A stretch of DNA of 64,000 bases from an uncultured candidate division Zixibacteria bacterium (GCA_963713865.1 OY970208.1:1952001-2016000), one strand, 5' to 3'. Shown: positions 9,709 to 18,596, counted from the first letter of the stretch. Made by a program: numbers and translations. Notes: generated from the sequence alone by a model not told the origin.

Positions 9709-11568
9709 TTATTTCTTAGAATCTACTTCTTGTAAAATTTTTGCTATTATCTCTTCTAACCCGAACTCACCTAAATCACCTGAACCGTGCCTGCGAACAG
9801 AAACCGTTTTATTTTCAAGTTCTTTTTTACCCAGGATGAACATGTAAGGTATTTTTTCTAACTCAGCTTCCCTGATCTTATAATTTATCTTTTCATTTCT
9901 ATCGTCTAATTTAACCCTTAGTTCTTTTTGTTCTAATTCTTTCTTTAACTCCTGAGCATGCGAAAGCTGGTCAGAAGTGATGGGAAGAATGGCAATCTGA
10001 ACCGGTGAAAGCCATAGCGGAAATGCACCTGCATAATGTTCTATCAAAAGACCAAAAAATCGCTCTAATGCTCCCAGGAGTGCACGATGGATCATTATAG
10101 GTCTCTGAAAAGACCCATCTTTCCCTACAAAACGCAGATCGAATCTCTCTGGTAGATTGAAATCGAACTGCAGGGTAGTGCATTGCCAGGGTGGTCTGCC
10201 AAAAAGATCTTTTATCTTCAGGTCGATCTTGGGACCATAAAAAGCACCTCCACCCTCATCTACTTTAAATGGAAGATCGTGCTTTACAAGAGCTTGCCTC
10301 AAAGCTTCCGTGGCTTTCTCCCAGGTAGAAGGGTCACCGATATATTTTTCCGGACGTGTAGCTAAGTATATCTCATATTCATTTAAACCAAAAGACCTGA
10401 GGAAAAACAGGGTGAAATCCAAAAGCTTTAAAATCTCTTCCTCTAATTGCTCTAACTGGCAGAATATATGAGCATCGTCCTGGGTGAATCCTCTCACTCT
10501 CAAAAGCCCGTGTAAAACACCTGAACGCTCGTATCTATAAACCGTGCCTAACTCAGCCCATTTAATAGGTAGTTCCTTATAACTCCTCAGCTTCGATTTG
10601 TAAACTAATATATGAAAAGGGCAATTCATCGGTTTAAGCTCATATTCTTCTTCCTCGATTTTCATCGGAGAATACATATATTCTGAATAGAAACCAGTAT
10701 GCCCGCTTTTCTTCCAGAGATCCAGTTTAGCTATGTGAGGAGTATATAAAAGCTCATAACCAGCCTTATAGTGTTCTTTTACCCAGAAATTCTCAATTAA
10801 CCTGCGGATCAAAGCTCCCTTAGGAAGCCAGAAAACCAGCCCTCCTCCGGCTTCTTCGTAAATATCAAAAAGTTCTAACTCGCGACCTAATTTTCTGTGA
10901 TCCCTTCTCTTAGCTTCTTCTAAATTTTTTAAATACTCATCCAATTTCCCCGGGCTGGGGAACGAAATTCCGTAAATCCTCTGAAGCATTGGATTCTTTT
11001 CGCTTCCCTTCCAGTAAGCACCTGCTATCTGCAGGAGTTTAAAAGCCTTGATCTTACCTGAAGAAGGAATATGAGGACCTCGGCAGAGATCTATAAAATC
11101 CCCTTGTCTGTAAATCGTAACCTTATCGCTATCCAGTTCGCTGATCAATTCTATTTTATAAATCTCACCTTTTTCCTTGAATAATTTCAAAGCATCGTTT
11201 TTAGTTAGCTCTTCCCTTTCAAAGAGAAGGTCATCTTTAATGATCTCCAGCATCTTTTTCTCAATCTTTTTCAGATCCTCCGGGGTAAAGGGCTCTTTCT
11301 TATCGAAATCATAATAAAACCCCTCTTCTATAGCCGGACCAATTCCTAATTTAGTATCAGGGAAAAGGTCCTGAACTGCCTGAGCCATAATATGCGAGGT
11401 GCTGTGCCAGTAAATTTTTTGACCTTCAGGATCCTCAAAAGTCAAGAGTTTTAAATCCTTGGATGATTCATATCCCGAGATTGTGGCAAGGTCTTTAAGC
11501 TCTCCCTTTACTTTGGCAATTAAATATTTTTCTATCTCACCTTCATTTACCAGAACCTGCTCTGGCAA
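9709..11568 (-). CDS. thrS: Threonine--tRNA ligase with shortened TGS; start uncertain (possibly GTG 11608 with a frameshift)
   Basis: WHSTSH, DLCRGPH, KPMNCP, RVRGFTQDDAH, IHRA. Confidence 0.97.
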   Translation of the reverse strand: MPEQVLVNEGEIEKYLIAKVKGELKDLATISGYESSKDLKLLTFEDPEGQKIYWHSTSHIMAQAVQDLFPDTKLGIGPAIEEGFYYDFDKKEPFTPEDLKKIEKKMLEIIKDDLLFEREELTKNDALKLFKEKGEIYKIELISELDSDKVTIYRQGDFIDLCRGPHIPSSGKIKAFKLLQIAGAYWKGSEKNPMLQRIYGISFPSPGKLDEYLKNLEEAKRRDHRKLGRELELFDIYEEAGGGLVFWLPKGALIRRLIENFWVKEHYKAGYELLYTPHIAKLDLWKKSGHTGFYSEYMYSPMKIEEEEYELKPMNCPFHILVYKSKLRSYKELPIKWAELGTVYRYERSGVLHGLLRVRGFTQDDAHIFCQLEQLEEEILKLLDFTLFFLRSFGLNEYEIYLATRPEKYIGDPSTWEKATEALRQALVKHDLPFKVDEGGGAFYGPKIDLKIKDLFGRPPWQCTTLQFDFNLPERFDLRFVGKDGSFQRPIMIHRALLGALERFFGLLIEHYAGAFPLWLSPVQIAILPITSDQLSHAQELKKELEQKELRVKLDDRNEKINYKIREAELEKIPYMFILGKKELENKTVSVRRHGSGDLGEFGLEEIIAKILQEVDSKK

Positions 11569-11720
11569 TTCTCTTTAAATCCTCGATTAGTTTTTCCCTT
11601 ATTCCCACTTCTTTCTCCTTAAAGAGTCAATAAAAAATTACCCCACTTCCGGGGTTTCCTGCTCCTTAGTATTATATTATGCTACGAACTGTGAACCATC
11701 AACTATTTACTTTTTTGTTA

Positions 11721-11797
11721 TGGTGGGCGATACTGGGATCGAACCAGTGACCTCTTGCATGTCAAGCAAGCACTCTAACCAACTGAGCTAATCGCCC
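11721..11797 (-). tRNA. tRNA-Val(GAC) with encoded CCA
   Basis: GGGCGATTAGCTCAGTTGGTTAGAGTG-CTTGC-TTGACAT-GCAAG-AGGTCACTGGTTCGATCCCAGTATCGCCCACCA cloverleaf. Confidence 0.97.
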
Positions 11798-11821
11798 TTA
11801 TCAAATTACATCTATCTTAAT

Positions 11822-11873
11822 GTGACCTTCCCGCATATCTGCGGGACACTCTAACCAACTGAGCTAATCGCCC
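11822..11873 (-). pseudogene. Truncated tRNA-Val copy with the anticodon arm replaced by a GC hairpin
   Basis: 27 nt identical to the tRNA-Val 5' end, then TCCCGCAGATATGCGGGA, then AGGTCAC; no T-loop or 3' end. Confidence 0.85.
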
Positions 11874-11959
11874 GTTAAATACAGTTTAAGAGTTTAAAAG
11901 TTTAGGTGTTTATGTCTTATTATCCCTTGAACTTTTAAACCTTTGAACATCTGAACCAC

Positions 11960-11992
11960 TCTTTAACCTTCCCGCATGCCTGCGGGACGCTA
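11960..11992 (-). pseudogene. Second, more degenerate tRNA-like fragment with the same hairpin
   Basis: AGCG-TCCCGCAGGCATGCGGGA-AGGTT mirrors AGTG-hairpin-AGGTC at 11822-11850. Confidence 0.5.
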
Positions 11993-12064
11993 AGGTCATA
12001 AAAATAACTATATTTAAAACATCTGAATTGTTTAAAAACTGAACACTCTTTCTAACAAGATGGC

Positions 12065-12093
12065 AATATAAATTTAACCTCAATCTCTGTCAA
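12065..12093 (-). promoter_or_regulatory. sigma70 promoter of the tRNA locus
   Basis: TTGACA-N17-TATATT. Confidence 0.7.
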
Positions 12094-12232
12094 GTGAAAT
12101 AAAGTCTCTAATTTTATATCGGAAAAATCAAGACTGGATTGAATAATTCCTGCTTACTTTAAACTTAATCATTTTATTAAAGCCTATGACCCGGGAGAAA
12201 TAAGGCAGTTCATAAGATAGGTGGAGATGAAT

Positions 12233-13069
12233 TCAATGAGATATATTTTCTACTTTAGCCAGCCTCAAAAAAACCTCGGACTTGTAAAATTCATCTTTCA
12301 GCAGTGAAAGATAGTATGGGGTTTTATCTTTTTCCAACCCGAGAACATCCCAGCAATCGTCATCCAAACTAAAGCTGCAGGTAGTCTCTTGGTCTGTTTC
12401 TAGAAGACAGCTGAGATAGTCCGCTAGATGGACTATTATGACTGCTTCTTTATTGGAGTTAGCTTTCATTGGCTGATGATGAAATCGTATCACTTGATAA
12501 AATTCTGCAGGAAGATCAAAATTAGATACAAATTCTGCTCCAATCTGGGTATGGTCGACTTCTTTCAGGGATGAGCTATTTTCTAAAATAGTGTTCTTCT
12601 CAGTACTACTCTGGTTTTCTTCGGGAAGGTGAAGATAGGAAAAGATAACCAGTTTACCCAGATCATGCATAAGTCCGAGTGTGAAAAGGATATCTAATTT
12701 CAAGGGTTTATTAGGATAAAGATACCGTCCTATAATTCTTGAAGCACAGGCACAGGTTAAAGAATGACGATATAGTTCCTCCTGATATTCCTGTTCTTCG
12801 GAAATTACATGTGCGGATAAGACTAATTTTATAGCCCTCTCTATTCCTAAAATAGGTAAAGCTTGTTTAACGCTGATCAGCTTTTCGGAATCTCCAAAAT
12901 ATGATAAATCAGCCAGCTTCAAAGCTTGAAATGATAAAGCCGGATCTTCGGAGATCAGAGAAACAATGTCATAAATGGAACTGTAAGGATCGGTTATCAA
13001 GTGAACAAGTTCCTGGAAAACAAGCTTGGGAGTGGGCAGATTATCACTTATTTTGCTAAACTGTATCAT
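12233..13069 (-). CDS. HDOD domain protein
   Basis: LPTP, DPALS, HSL, LGLMHDLGKL, DHTQIGA, IRFHHQP. Confidence 0.9.
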   Translation of the reverse strand: MIQFSKISDNLPTPKLVFQELVHLITDPYSSIYDIVSLISEDPALSFQALKLADLSYFGDSEKLISVKQALPILGIERAIKLVLSAHVISEEQEYQEELYRHSLTCACASRIIGRYLYPNKPLKLDILFTLGLMHDLGKLVIFSYLHLPEENQSSTEKNTILENSSSLKEVDHTQIGAEFVSNFDLPAEFYQVIRFHHQPMKANSNKEAVIIVHLADYLSCLLETDQETTCSFSLDDDCWDVLGLEKDKTPYYLSLLKDEFYKSEVFLRLAKVENISH

Positions 13070-13146
13070 AGTTCACTTTTCAAGCCAAAGTGATTTTTCC
13101 ATCTTATAATATTTTACTGGGGGGCTTAAAAGTAAAAAAAGGGGGA

Positions 13147-13584
13147 CTATATCAAGATATCTATGATCCTCTCAGCTACTTTAGAATAAACCTTTGCCCG
13201 GGAATAATAACCTTGAGCCAGCTTGATCTTTGCCTCTTTTATTTTCTCTTCACGAATATCTAAAGTCGAAGCTGGTGTTTTACCGGTATCGATATGGGTT
13301 AGGTTTGAGGGCATAAACCTTCTGGGGTTTTTTAGGTTATCGAAATTTCTGTTTTCAGTCTTTTGTTTGGAACAACTGAATTTCAGTTTATTTACATTGG
13401 TTAGATTATTTGCTTTATCCGTCTCATTGCGAATCTGATTGGTGTTGGATTTTGGCTGTAAGTCCCTGACATTTCTGGTCTTACGCTGATCGTCCTCTTT
13501 ACGGGATAAAGCTTTTGAGCTTGAAATATCCTTTCCTTTAACCGGGTTAATCTTAAAGTTCAGACCTATTTTGTGAGCCTTCAT
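13147..13584 (-). CDS. flgM: FlgM-like anti-sigma28 factor with long basic N-terminal extension
   Basis: C-terminal DIREEKIKEAKIKLAQGYY...KVAERII; preceded by a sigma28 promoter. Confidence 0.65.
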   Translation of the reverse strand: MKAHKIGLNFKINPVKGKDISSSKALSRKEDDQRKTRNVRDLQPKSNTNQIRNETDKANNLTNVNKLKFSCSKQKTENRNFDNLKNPRRFMPSNLTHIDTGKTPASTLDIREEKIKEAKIKLAQGYYSRAKVYSKVAERIIDILI

Positions 13585-13605
13585 TTTCTTTTACCTCTAT
13601 TATAA

Positions 13606-13632
13606 TTATCGTCTCTGAACTTTAAAACTTAA
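13606..13632 (-). promoter_or_regulatory. sigma28 (FliA) promoter
   Basis: TTAAGTTT-N11-GACGATAA versus consensus TAAAGTTT-N11-GCCGATAA. Confidence 0.75.
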
Positions 13633-13706
13633 ATTTAATTTTATCTACGAAAAAATACGTAATACCATACGTCTCTACAGCTTGAGGATATATCCCTTCT
13701 TTTTTC

Positions 13707-14171
13707 TTAAGAAGGTTTAAATTTATTATTTTGCCTTCTACCTTCAGACCGGCTGAAAATAAAATGTTGAATTTTGTATCCTGTGTCCTTAAGCACAACC
13801 TGTTTTCCTAATTTCTTTTTCAGATTGATTACGATGGGAGCCAGTAGATTCACATGACAGTCTTTCATATCAGGAGGAAAGGTGACTATTACAAAAACTT
13901 TCTCGCTTTTCGAGTCAATTGCCTTTATATCCTCGAGCTCATCTGGATTTATGTGTGGTTTATAATCCTGAAATAAAAAGGAAGAGTCGACCAGAACAAA
14001 AGCTAAGTCAGGTTTCTCCACAGACTGCAGCCATATAAAAGGCTCATCCTCTTTCTGTCTCAGAAAAATAAATTTCTTTTCAGCTGGGAACCCGTAAATT
14101 CCCTTGCGGAAATGGTAAACTTCGCTGGAGGAGAAAGAAACTTTTCCAAACCGTGAAGTTGTAATCTCCAT
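13707..14171 (-). CDS. fliW: FliW, CsrA antagonist
   Basis: TSRFG, GIYGF, WLQS..PDLAF, VNLLAPIVIN, GKQVVL. Confidence 0.93.
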   Translation of the reverse strand: MEITTSRFGKVSFSSSEVYHFRKGIYGFPAEKKFIFLRQKEDEPFIWLQSVEKPDLAFVLVDSSFLFQDYKPHINPDELEDIKAIDSKSEKVFVIVTFPPDMKDCHVNLLAPIVINLKKKLGKQVVLKDTGYKIQHFIFSRSEGRRQNNKFKPS

Positions 14172-14485
14172 TTGCCCCCCTTTTTAAAATCATTATTTAT
14201 GGGGGCTAATTCTCCTCAAAGTAAACAAAGCTGGTATCTACTACTTCTGAAGAAAAAGGAGATCTAAGATTTGGATCCTTATTTGTCTTAGAGCATGATT
14301 TTTCTTTTTCCCTCTTGAACAGGGAATCAGCTTTCTTATGAGTTTGAAGATTAATTTTATTTTGTTTTTTGAAGATCATATTATTTTAAACTGAAATTTT
14401 TCTTTAAAGGTTTAAATAAGAAATAATTCTCTTTATATTGAACTATCGTAAATCGAAATGACCGGATGGAAAGAATAAGAAAAGT

Positions 14486-14755
14486 TTACTCCGGTTCATC
14501 CAGCTTTTTCCTGGGCTTCTCTTTTAATTTCTCTCTAACCACTTTAGCCATCTGGGTTACTTCCTCTTTGCCTACCTGGGCCGCTTTCTTGTTCTCTTCT
14601 TGTATCTTAAAATAGACCTCCTCCCGGTGAACAACCACCTTCTGAGGTGCTATAACTCCCAATCTTACTTGCCTTCCATGGATACCTAAGACTGTTATCT
14701 TGATGTCGTCACCAATAGTAATACTCTCTCCTAATTTTCGGGTAAGAATTAACAT
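14486..14755 (-). CDS. csrA: Carbon storage regulator CsrA with C-terminal extension
   Basis: [18 protein letters not shown]...[15 protein letters not shown]. Confidence 0.96.
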   Translation of the reverse strand: MLILTRKLGESITIGDDIKITVLGIHGRQVRLGVIAPQKVVVHREEVYFKIQEENKKAAQVGKEEVTQMAKVVREKLKEKPRKKLDEPE

Positions 14756-14788
14756 CTTTATCTCTCCTGTTTAACGGTAACCTCCCAT

Positions 14789-15100
14789 TTAACCCAAACG
14801 GGGAAAAAAGACGGAAGAAAAGTTCTTGATCTCTTGTTTGAGATGAATAGCTTCTTCACATATAAGCCGCTTTTGAATCAAATTTATAAGCTCTTTATCC
14901 TTATCTCCGTTTATAAAAATATTACCGTTTAACCTTATCTTGGTAAAAGCAGTATTTTTTGTGTCAGGGGTTAATTTAAGATCCTCTGCTACGGAGAGCT
15001 TCTCACTTTTTTCGATTGAGCTGTGGGGCAAAGCTCCCCTTGCTTTTAAAAGAGAATTAATTTTTTTAAGCCCTCTAATCCCTGAGAGAATATCCGACAT
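14789..15100 (-). CDS. Hypothetical protein in the flgK/flgL slot, possible relic
   Basis: 103-aa ORF between flgN and csrA; N-terminus only vaguely FlgK-like. Confidence 0.45.
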   Translation of the reverse strand: MSDILSGIRGLKKINSLLKARGALPHSSIEKSEKLSVAEDLKLTPDTKNTAFTKIRLNGNIFINGDKDKELINLIQKRLICEEAIHLKQEIKNFSSVFFPRLG

Positions 15101-15121
15101 AAAACTAATTTTCCAAAATAT

Positions 15122-15619
15122 TTATCCTGCTTTATTTAAGACCAGAGAAGGTTTAACCTTACCTGGATTATTCGAAGGTTCTTTCAAATAAGAGGTTGGG
15201 GAGTCATCCATCAAAAAAATTATATCGCGGTCGATATATCCCATTGACTCTTTTATCAGCTCTTCGTTTTTATCCCTTTGTGCTTCAACCTTTCGATGCA
15301 ATTCCAGTAAAGTCTTCTGGAGCTCCTCCAGTTTGGAAGAATAAGAGCTATCTAACAACTGGATCAATTTGGAAAGGGAGGTTCTTTCCTGATTGAAATT
15401 GACACCAGCCGAAAGCCAGGCCGTCATCTCCATCCTCTCTTTTTCTAACTGCTTGGCTCGAAGGATAGCCTGCTCCTGTTTATGAATGGATTCCTGCAGT
15501 TGATCAAAACGGTTGTTTATCAAACACTCCTCTTCTTCGGTTAGAAGCCACAGAAAATTTTCTAAAGAATCCACCTCTTTTTGAATTAGCTCAATCAAGC
15601 TAATAACATCTTTTTCCAA
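15122..15619 (-). CDS. flgN: FlgN-family flagellar chaperone
   Basis: Helical L..LI..E...L..LL.EE...L...LEKER...N..LI pattern; GGAGG SD with TTG start; synteny. Confidence 0.75.
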   Translation of the reverse strand: MEKDVISLIELIQKEVDSLENFLWLLTEEEECLINNRFDQLQESIHKQEQAILRAKQLEKERMEMTAWLSAGVNFNQERTSLSKLIQLLDSSYSSKLEELQKTLLELHRKVEAQRDKNEELIKESMGYIDRDIIFLMDDSPTSYLKEPSNNPGKVKPSLVLNKAG

Positions 15620-15653
15620 TTAACCTCCCTTTTAAAGCACCCCTACGCTATTT

Positions 15654-15680
15654 TAATCGGCAGATCTATCCAAGAGTTTA
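15654..15680 (-). promoter_or_regulatory. sigma28 promoter of flgN
   Basis: TAAACTCT-N11-GCCGATTA. Confidence 0.75.
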
Positions 15681-15818
15681 ACCTTCTGATACTATATAGA
15701 CTGTTTCAGATTTAAACTGGCGATACTCTTGCTCAGGCTCTGCAGATTTAAGACCATAAGGGAGGAGCAAAGCTACGAGAATAATTAATATTATCATGAC
15801 AAACATCGATCTGGACAT
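15678..15818 (-). CDS. 46-aa small protein with signal peptide or TM helix (not in the ORF track)
   Basis: GAGGAGGG SD; MSRSMFVMIILIILVALLLPYGLKSAEPEQEYRQFKSETVYIVSEG. Confidence 0.65.
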   Translation of the reverse strand: MSRSMFVMIILIILVALLLPYGLKSAEPEQEYRQFKSETVYIVSEG

Positions 15819-15848
15819 AACCCTCCTCATTAAATCTATTTATTTTTT

Positions 15849-15864
15849 AGCAATTTATATGCCC
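15849..15864 (-). promoter_or_regulatory. sigma54 promoter
   Basis: GGGCATATAAATTGCT (GG-N10-GC). Confidence 0.7.
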
Positions 15865-16040
15865 CTTTTTAAAGATTACTACTTTGCGGGCTTGATTTCC
15901 AACTCGTTGAATCCCAAAATATTACACCTGACTTAGGGTCTATTTAAAAATCTATCCGACTTTCAAATCTTATCGGGGTTAAAATCTTAGAATTTTCTTC
16001 CTTTTTTATGAATTATTTTCCTTTGAGGACAACTCCTTAT

Positions 16041-16496
16041 TCAAACCAACTTATTATCGATAGAGATTGACTTGAGCCTTTTCATAATCAAAAGGATTCT
16101 TTGACTTTCTCCCAATATCCTCTCCAGATATTCTTCGATCTTCTCCTCAATCACCTTATTTCTCTGGAACTCTATTTCTCCATATTGATTGATAGAGTAA
16201 ACCCCACCCACTTCCATTCTCACTAACTTTATAAGTTTAGTTATTTCAGTAGTAGCCTTAGAGGCCTGATTAACCAAATCCAGTACGTCTTCTGTAATCT
16301 TGGCTGGTAGATAGTTTTTTGCCCGGGCAGTAGCTGAGGCTAAGTTTAAAGCTACTTCCTTAACCTGTTCCGTGAAATTCTCCATAGAGTTAAGAACCTC
16401 TTCTATTTCAACTAAAGAGCTTCCCTCCTTTTCTGCTGATCCGTTCTCGGATACCTTCTCTGCAGAGAAAGAACCTTCTTTATTTTTTTCGTTCAT
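16041..16496 (-). CDS. Soluble protein resembling a degenerate MCP signalling domain
   Basis: EQVKEVALNLASATARAK...EDVLDLVNQASKATTEI aligns by eye to EQTNLLALNAAIEAARAG...EVRKLA..S..AT.EI. Confidence 0.55.
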   Translation of the reverse strand: MNEKNKEGSFSAEKVSENGSAEKEGSSLVEIEEVLNSMENFTEQVKEVALNLASATARAKNYLPAKITEDVLDLVNQASKATTEITKLIKLVRMEVGGVYSINQYGEIEFQRNKVIEEKIEEYLERILGESQRILLIMKRLKSISIDNKLV

Positions 16497-16855
16497 CTCA
16501 TACCTCTTAGCAAATCCCGAATCTTTTCTTTGAGCTCATCCAGGTTAGAGGACTTAACCAGGTATGCATCTGCTAACCAAGTTTGAAAATTATTCTTATA
16601 AGTTGAATAAGCTGAATTCAAAATCACCGGCAGGTTTTTATTCTGTCTCTTTAACAAGGATAAAGTTTCCAAACCATTTTCTTCTCCGTTAAGTTTTATA
16701 TCCAGAATAACTAAATTTATCTTTTCTTTGTCAGTTATCTCTAAGGCTTGAGTAACATCCCGGGCTAACTTAACCTCATACCCTTCATCCGCCAGCTCTT
16801 TTTGATAAAGGTCCAGAATATGCTCTTCATCATCAACTATGAGGATGCTTTTCAT
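16493..16855 (-). CDS. Single-domain response regulator
   Basis: ILIVDDE, ILDIKL, NSAY, YLVKS. Confidence 0.92.
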   Translation of the reverse strand: MKSILIVDDEEHILDLYQKELADEGYEVKLARDVTQALEITDKEKINLVILDIKLNGEENGLETLSLLKRQNKNLPVILNSAYSTYKNNFQTWLADAYLVKSSNLDELKEKIRDLLRGMR

Positions 16856-18596
16856 CTTGGCCTCCTTTATTAAATAATTTTATCTCTAGATAGAATCTTT
16901 CTTTATCCTCGGAATGGTATTTCAATGTTCCGCCTAAGTTCTCGATCAGGGCTGATGCCATAGCCAAACTTGAGCTTTTTGCCTCTTCCGCGATTAAGTT
17001 TGGAGACAAGAGGCTCAGAGAGAGAATAATCTCATCTTTAAAAAGACGAGTGGCAATATTGAGAGAACCACCGGAACCAGCGTTGCAGAGCATATTTTTC
17101 AGGAGATTGACTAACGAAGAATTCAGCCATGCCGGATTCAAAAAAAGATTGGGAATACCTGGCTGTAAGTTTTTAACCAGATAGATCCTTTTCTCTCTGA
17201 ATTCCTCTTTAAGTGTCTCTAGCGTCTGCTCTATAACCTGGTTAAGATTTAATTCCTTGGTTTTGTTTTTCGAATTATGGACATAATCCAGGAAACTGGT
17301 AAGCAAACTCTCCATTCTATCGATCTCTGAGACTATTATCTCCAGATACTTATAATTTGCATCTTGTGGGGTGATATTCTTTAAAATCGAACGAGCAAAT
17401 CCACCGATGATAGTCATTGGATTCCTTAGCTCATGAGCTACCTCTAACGTTATCTCCTCTATCGCCTGTGATCTCTCCATCCTTATCATTCTCTGGCTAC
17501 TCTCGGCTATCTTACGATTAGCTTCCTCCAGTTCCACCAGTTTCTTCTCCAGTCTCAGATAAAGTCTGGACCTCTCTATGGCGCTACCGGCATGATGAGC
17601 AAAGATTTGCAGGAGTTTTAAATCTTCCGCTTTTATCTCTTTACCGGTTATGAAATTATCTGCCAGGATTAAACCCTCTACCTTATCCACGGAGATTAAA
17701 GGAGCCAATGCTACCCTTCGAGTACCCAGTAACTCGAAAAGCTGTGAGATGTCTGAAGCCGAGCAGTTTTCCTCATTCAGGTATCGAGCTTGTTTATCTG
17801 AAACTGACTGAATCAGAGGATTTCCCTGCTCCTTCATCGATATCCTAATCTTTTGAACTATCTGATTTACCTCAATATCTTTCTGTTCTAAAGCAGAGCG
17901 ATAAGATTTGAGGATCTCCTCTAAGGATTGGTTTTGCTGGGAAAGATTTTTCCAGATTCTAAAAGCCTCATCCGGGTTAGATGGGCCTATAGCCATCTTA
18001 CCTTCAAGAAAGGTTTCTTTGTCATCTAAAAGCAGAAGAAAAGCTCGGTTGAATCCCAGGCCTTGACCGGCAGTAACGGCGATTAAGATGATATCCAGGA
18101 TCTCGTTTAAATTCAGAGTACTTCCTAAAACTTTCTCCACCCCGTCGATAATGGAAAGCTCATAGATGTTCTGTTTTAAACTCTCCTCTAACTTAACCTT
18201 GTTTGACTCATCCTCAACAAAACCGATTAGCCCGGCGTAGCTCCCATCCTTTTCCTTCAAAGGTGTTACTCGTAAAGAGAGGAAAGCTTCCTTTCCCCAG
18301 ATACTTCTATACTTGACCCTTTCTACTGCGAAAGGTTTCCCCTGTTCTAAAGTTTCCTTGAATTTTTTATCTATTCCCACAGCTCTTATGTTCTCTAACT
18401 CCAAAACATTTAAACCTACAGAATCTTCCGGTTTACTGCCGCCTAAGATCTTGGGGAAAAAATTATTGACGTATCTAACCTTCCCCTCCTGGTCACAGAT
18501 AAAAATTCCTATGCTGAGTTCCTGAAAGATATCCCTAAACTGTTTTATCAAGAGATCTAAATTACTAATTTTCTCAGTGGAAAGTTGTATTTCCAT
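16833..18596 (-). CDS. PAS-GAF-HisKA protein with degenerate ATPase domain
   Basis: PAS, GAF (GLGFNRAFLLL), H-box AHELRNP; no DxGxG or GxGLG boxes. Confidence 0.8.
   Translation of the reverse strand: MEIQLSTEKISNLDLLIKQFRDIFQELSIGIFICDQEGKVRYVNNFFPKILGGSKPEDSVGLNVLELENIRAVGIDKKFKETLEQGKPFAVERVKYRSIWGKEAFLSLRVTPLKEKDGSYAGLIGFVEDESNKVKLEESLKQNIYELSIIDGVEKVLGSTLNLNEILDIILIAVTAGQGLGFNRAFLLLLDDKETFLEGKMAIGPSNPDEAFRIWKNLSQQNQSLEEILKSYRSALEQKDIEVNQIVQKIRISMKEQGNPLIQSVSDKQARYLNEENCSASDISQLFELLGTRRVALAPLISVDKVEGLILADNFITGKEIKAEDLKLLQIFAHHAGSAIERSRLYLRLEKKLVELEEANRKIAESSQRMIRMERSQAIEEITLEVAHELRNPMTIIGGFARSILKNITPQDANYKYLEIIVSEIDRMESLLTSFLDYVHNSKNKTKELNLNQVIEQTLETLKEEFREKRIYLVKNLQPGIPNLFLNPAWLNSSLVNLLKNMLCNAGSGGSLNIATRLFKDEIILSLSLLSPNLIAEEAKSSSLAMASALIENLGGTLKYHSEDKERFYLEIKLFNKGGQDEKHPHS

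Noticed and set aside
12061-12076. TGGCA resembling a sigma54 -24 box
   Set aside because: No GC at -12 and it overlaps the opposite-strand sigma70 promoter.
14242-14379. 45-codon minus-strand ORF between csrA and fliW
   Set aside because: No SD or recognisable motif; could be chance or a relic.
15970-15996. sigma28-like CCCGATAA
   Set aside because: Poor -35, and a better sigma54 promoter lies closer to the ORF.
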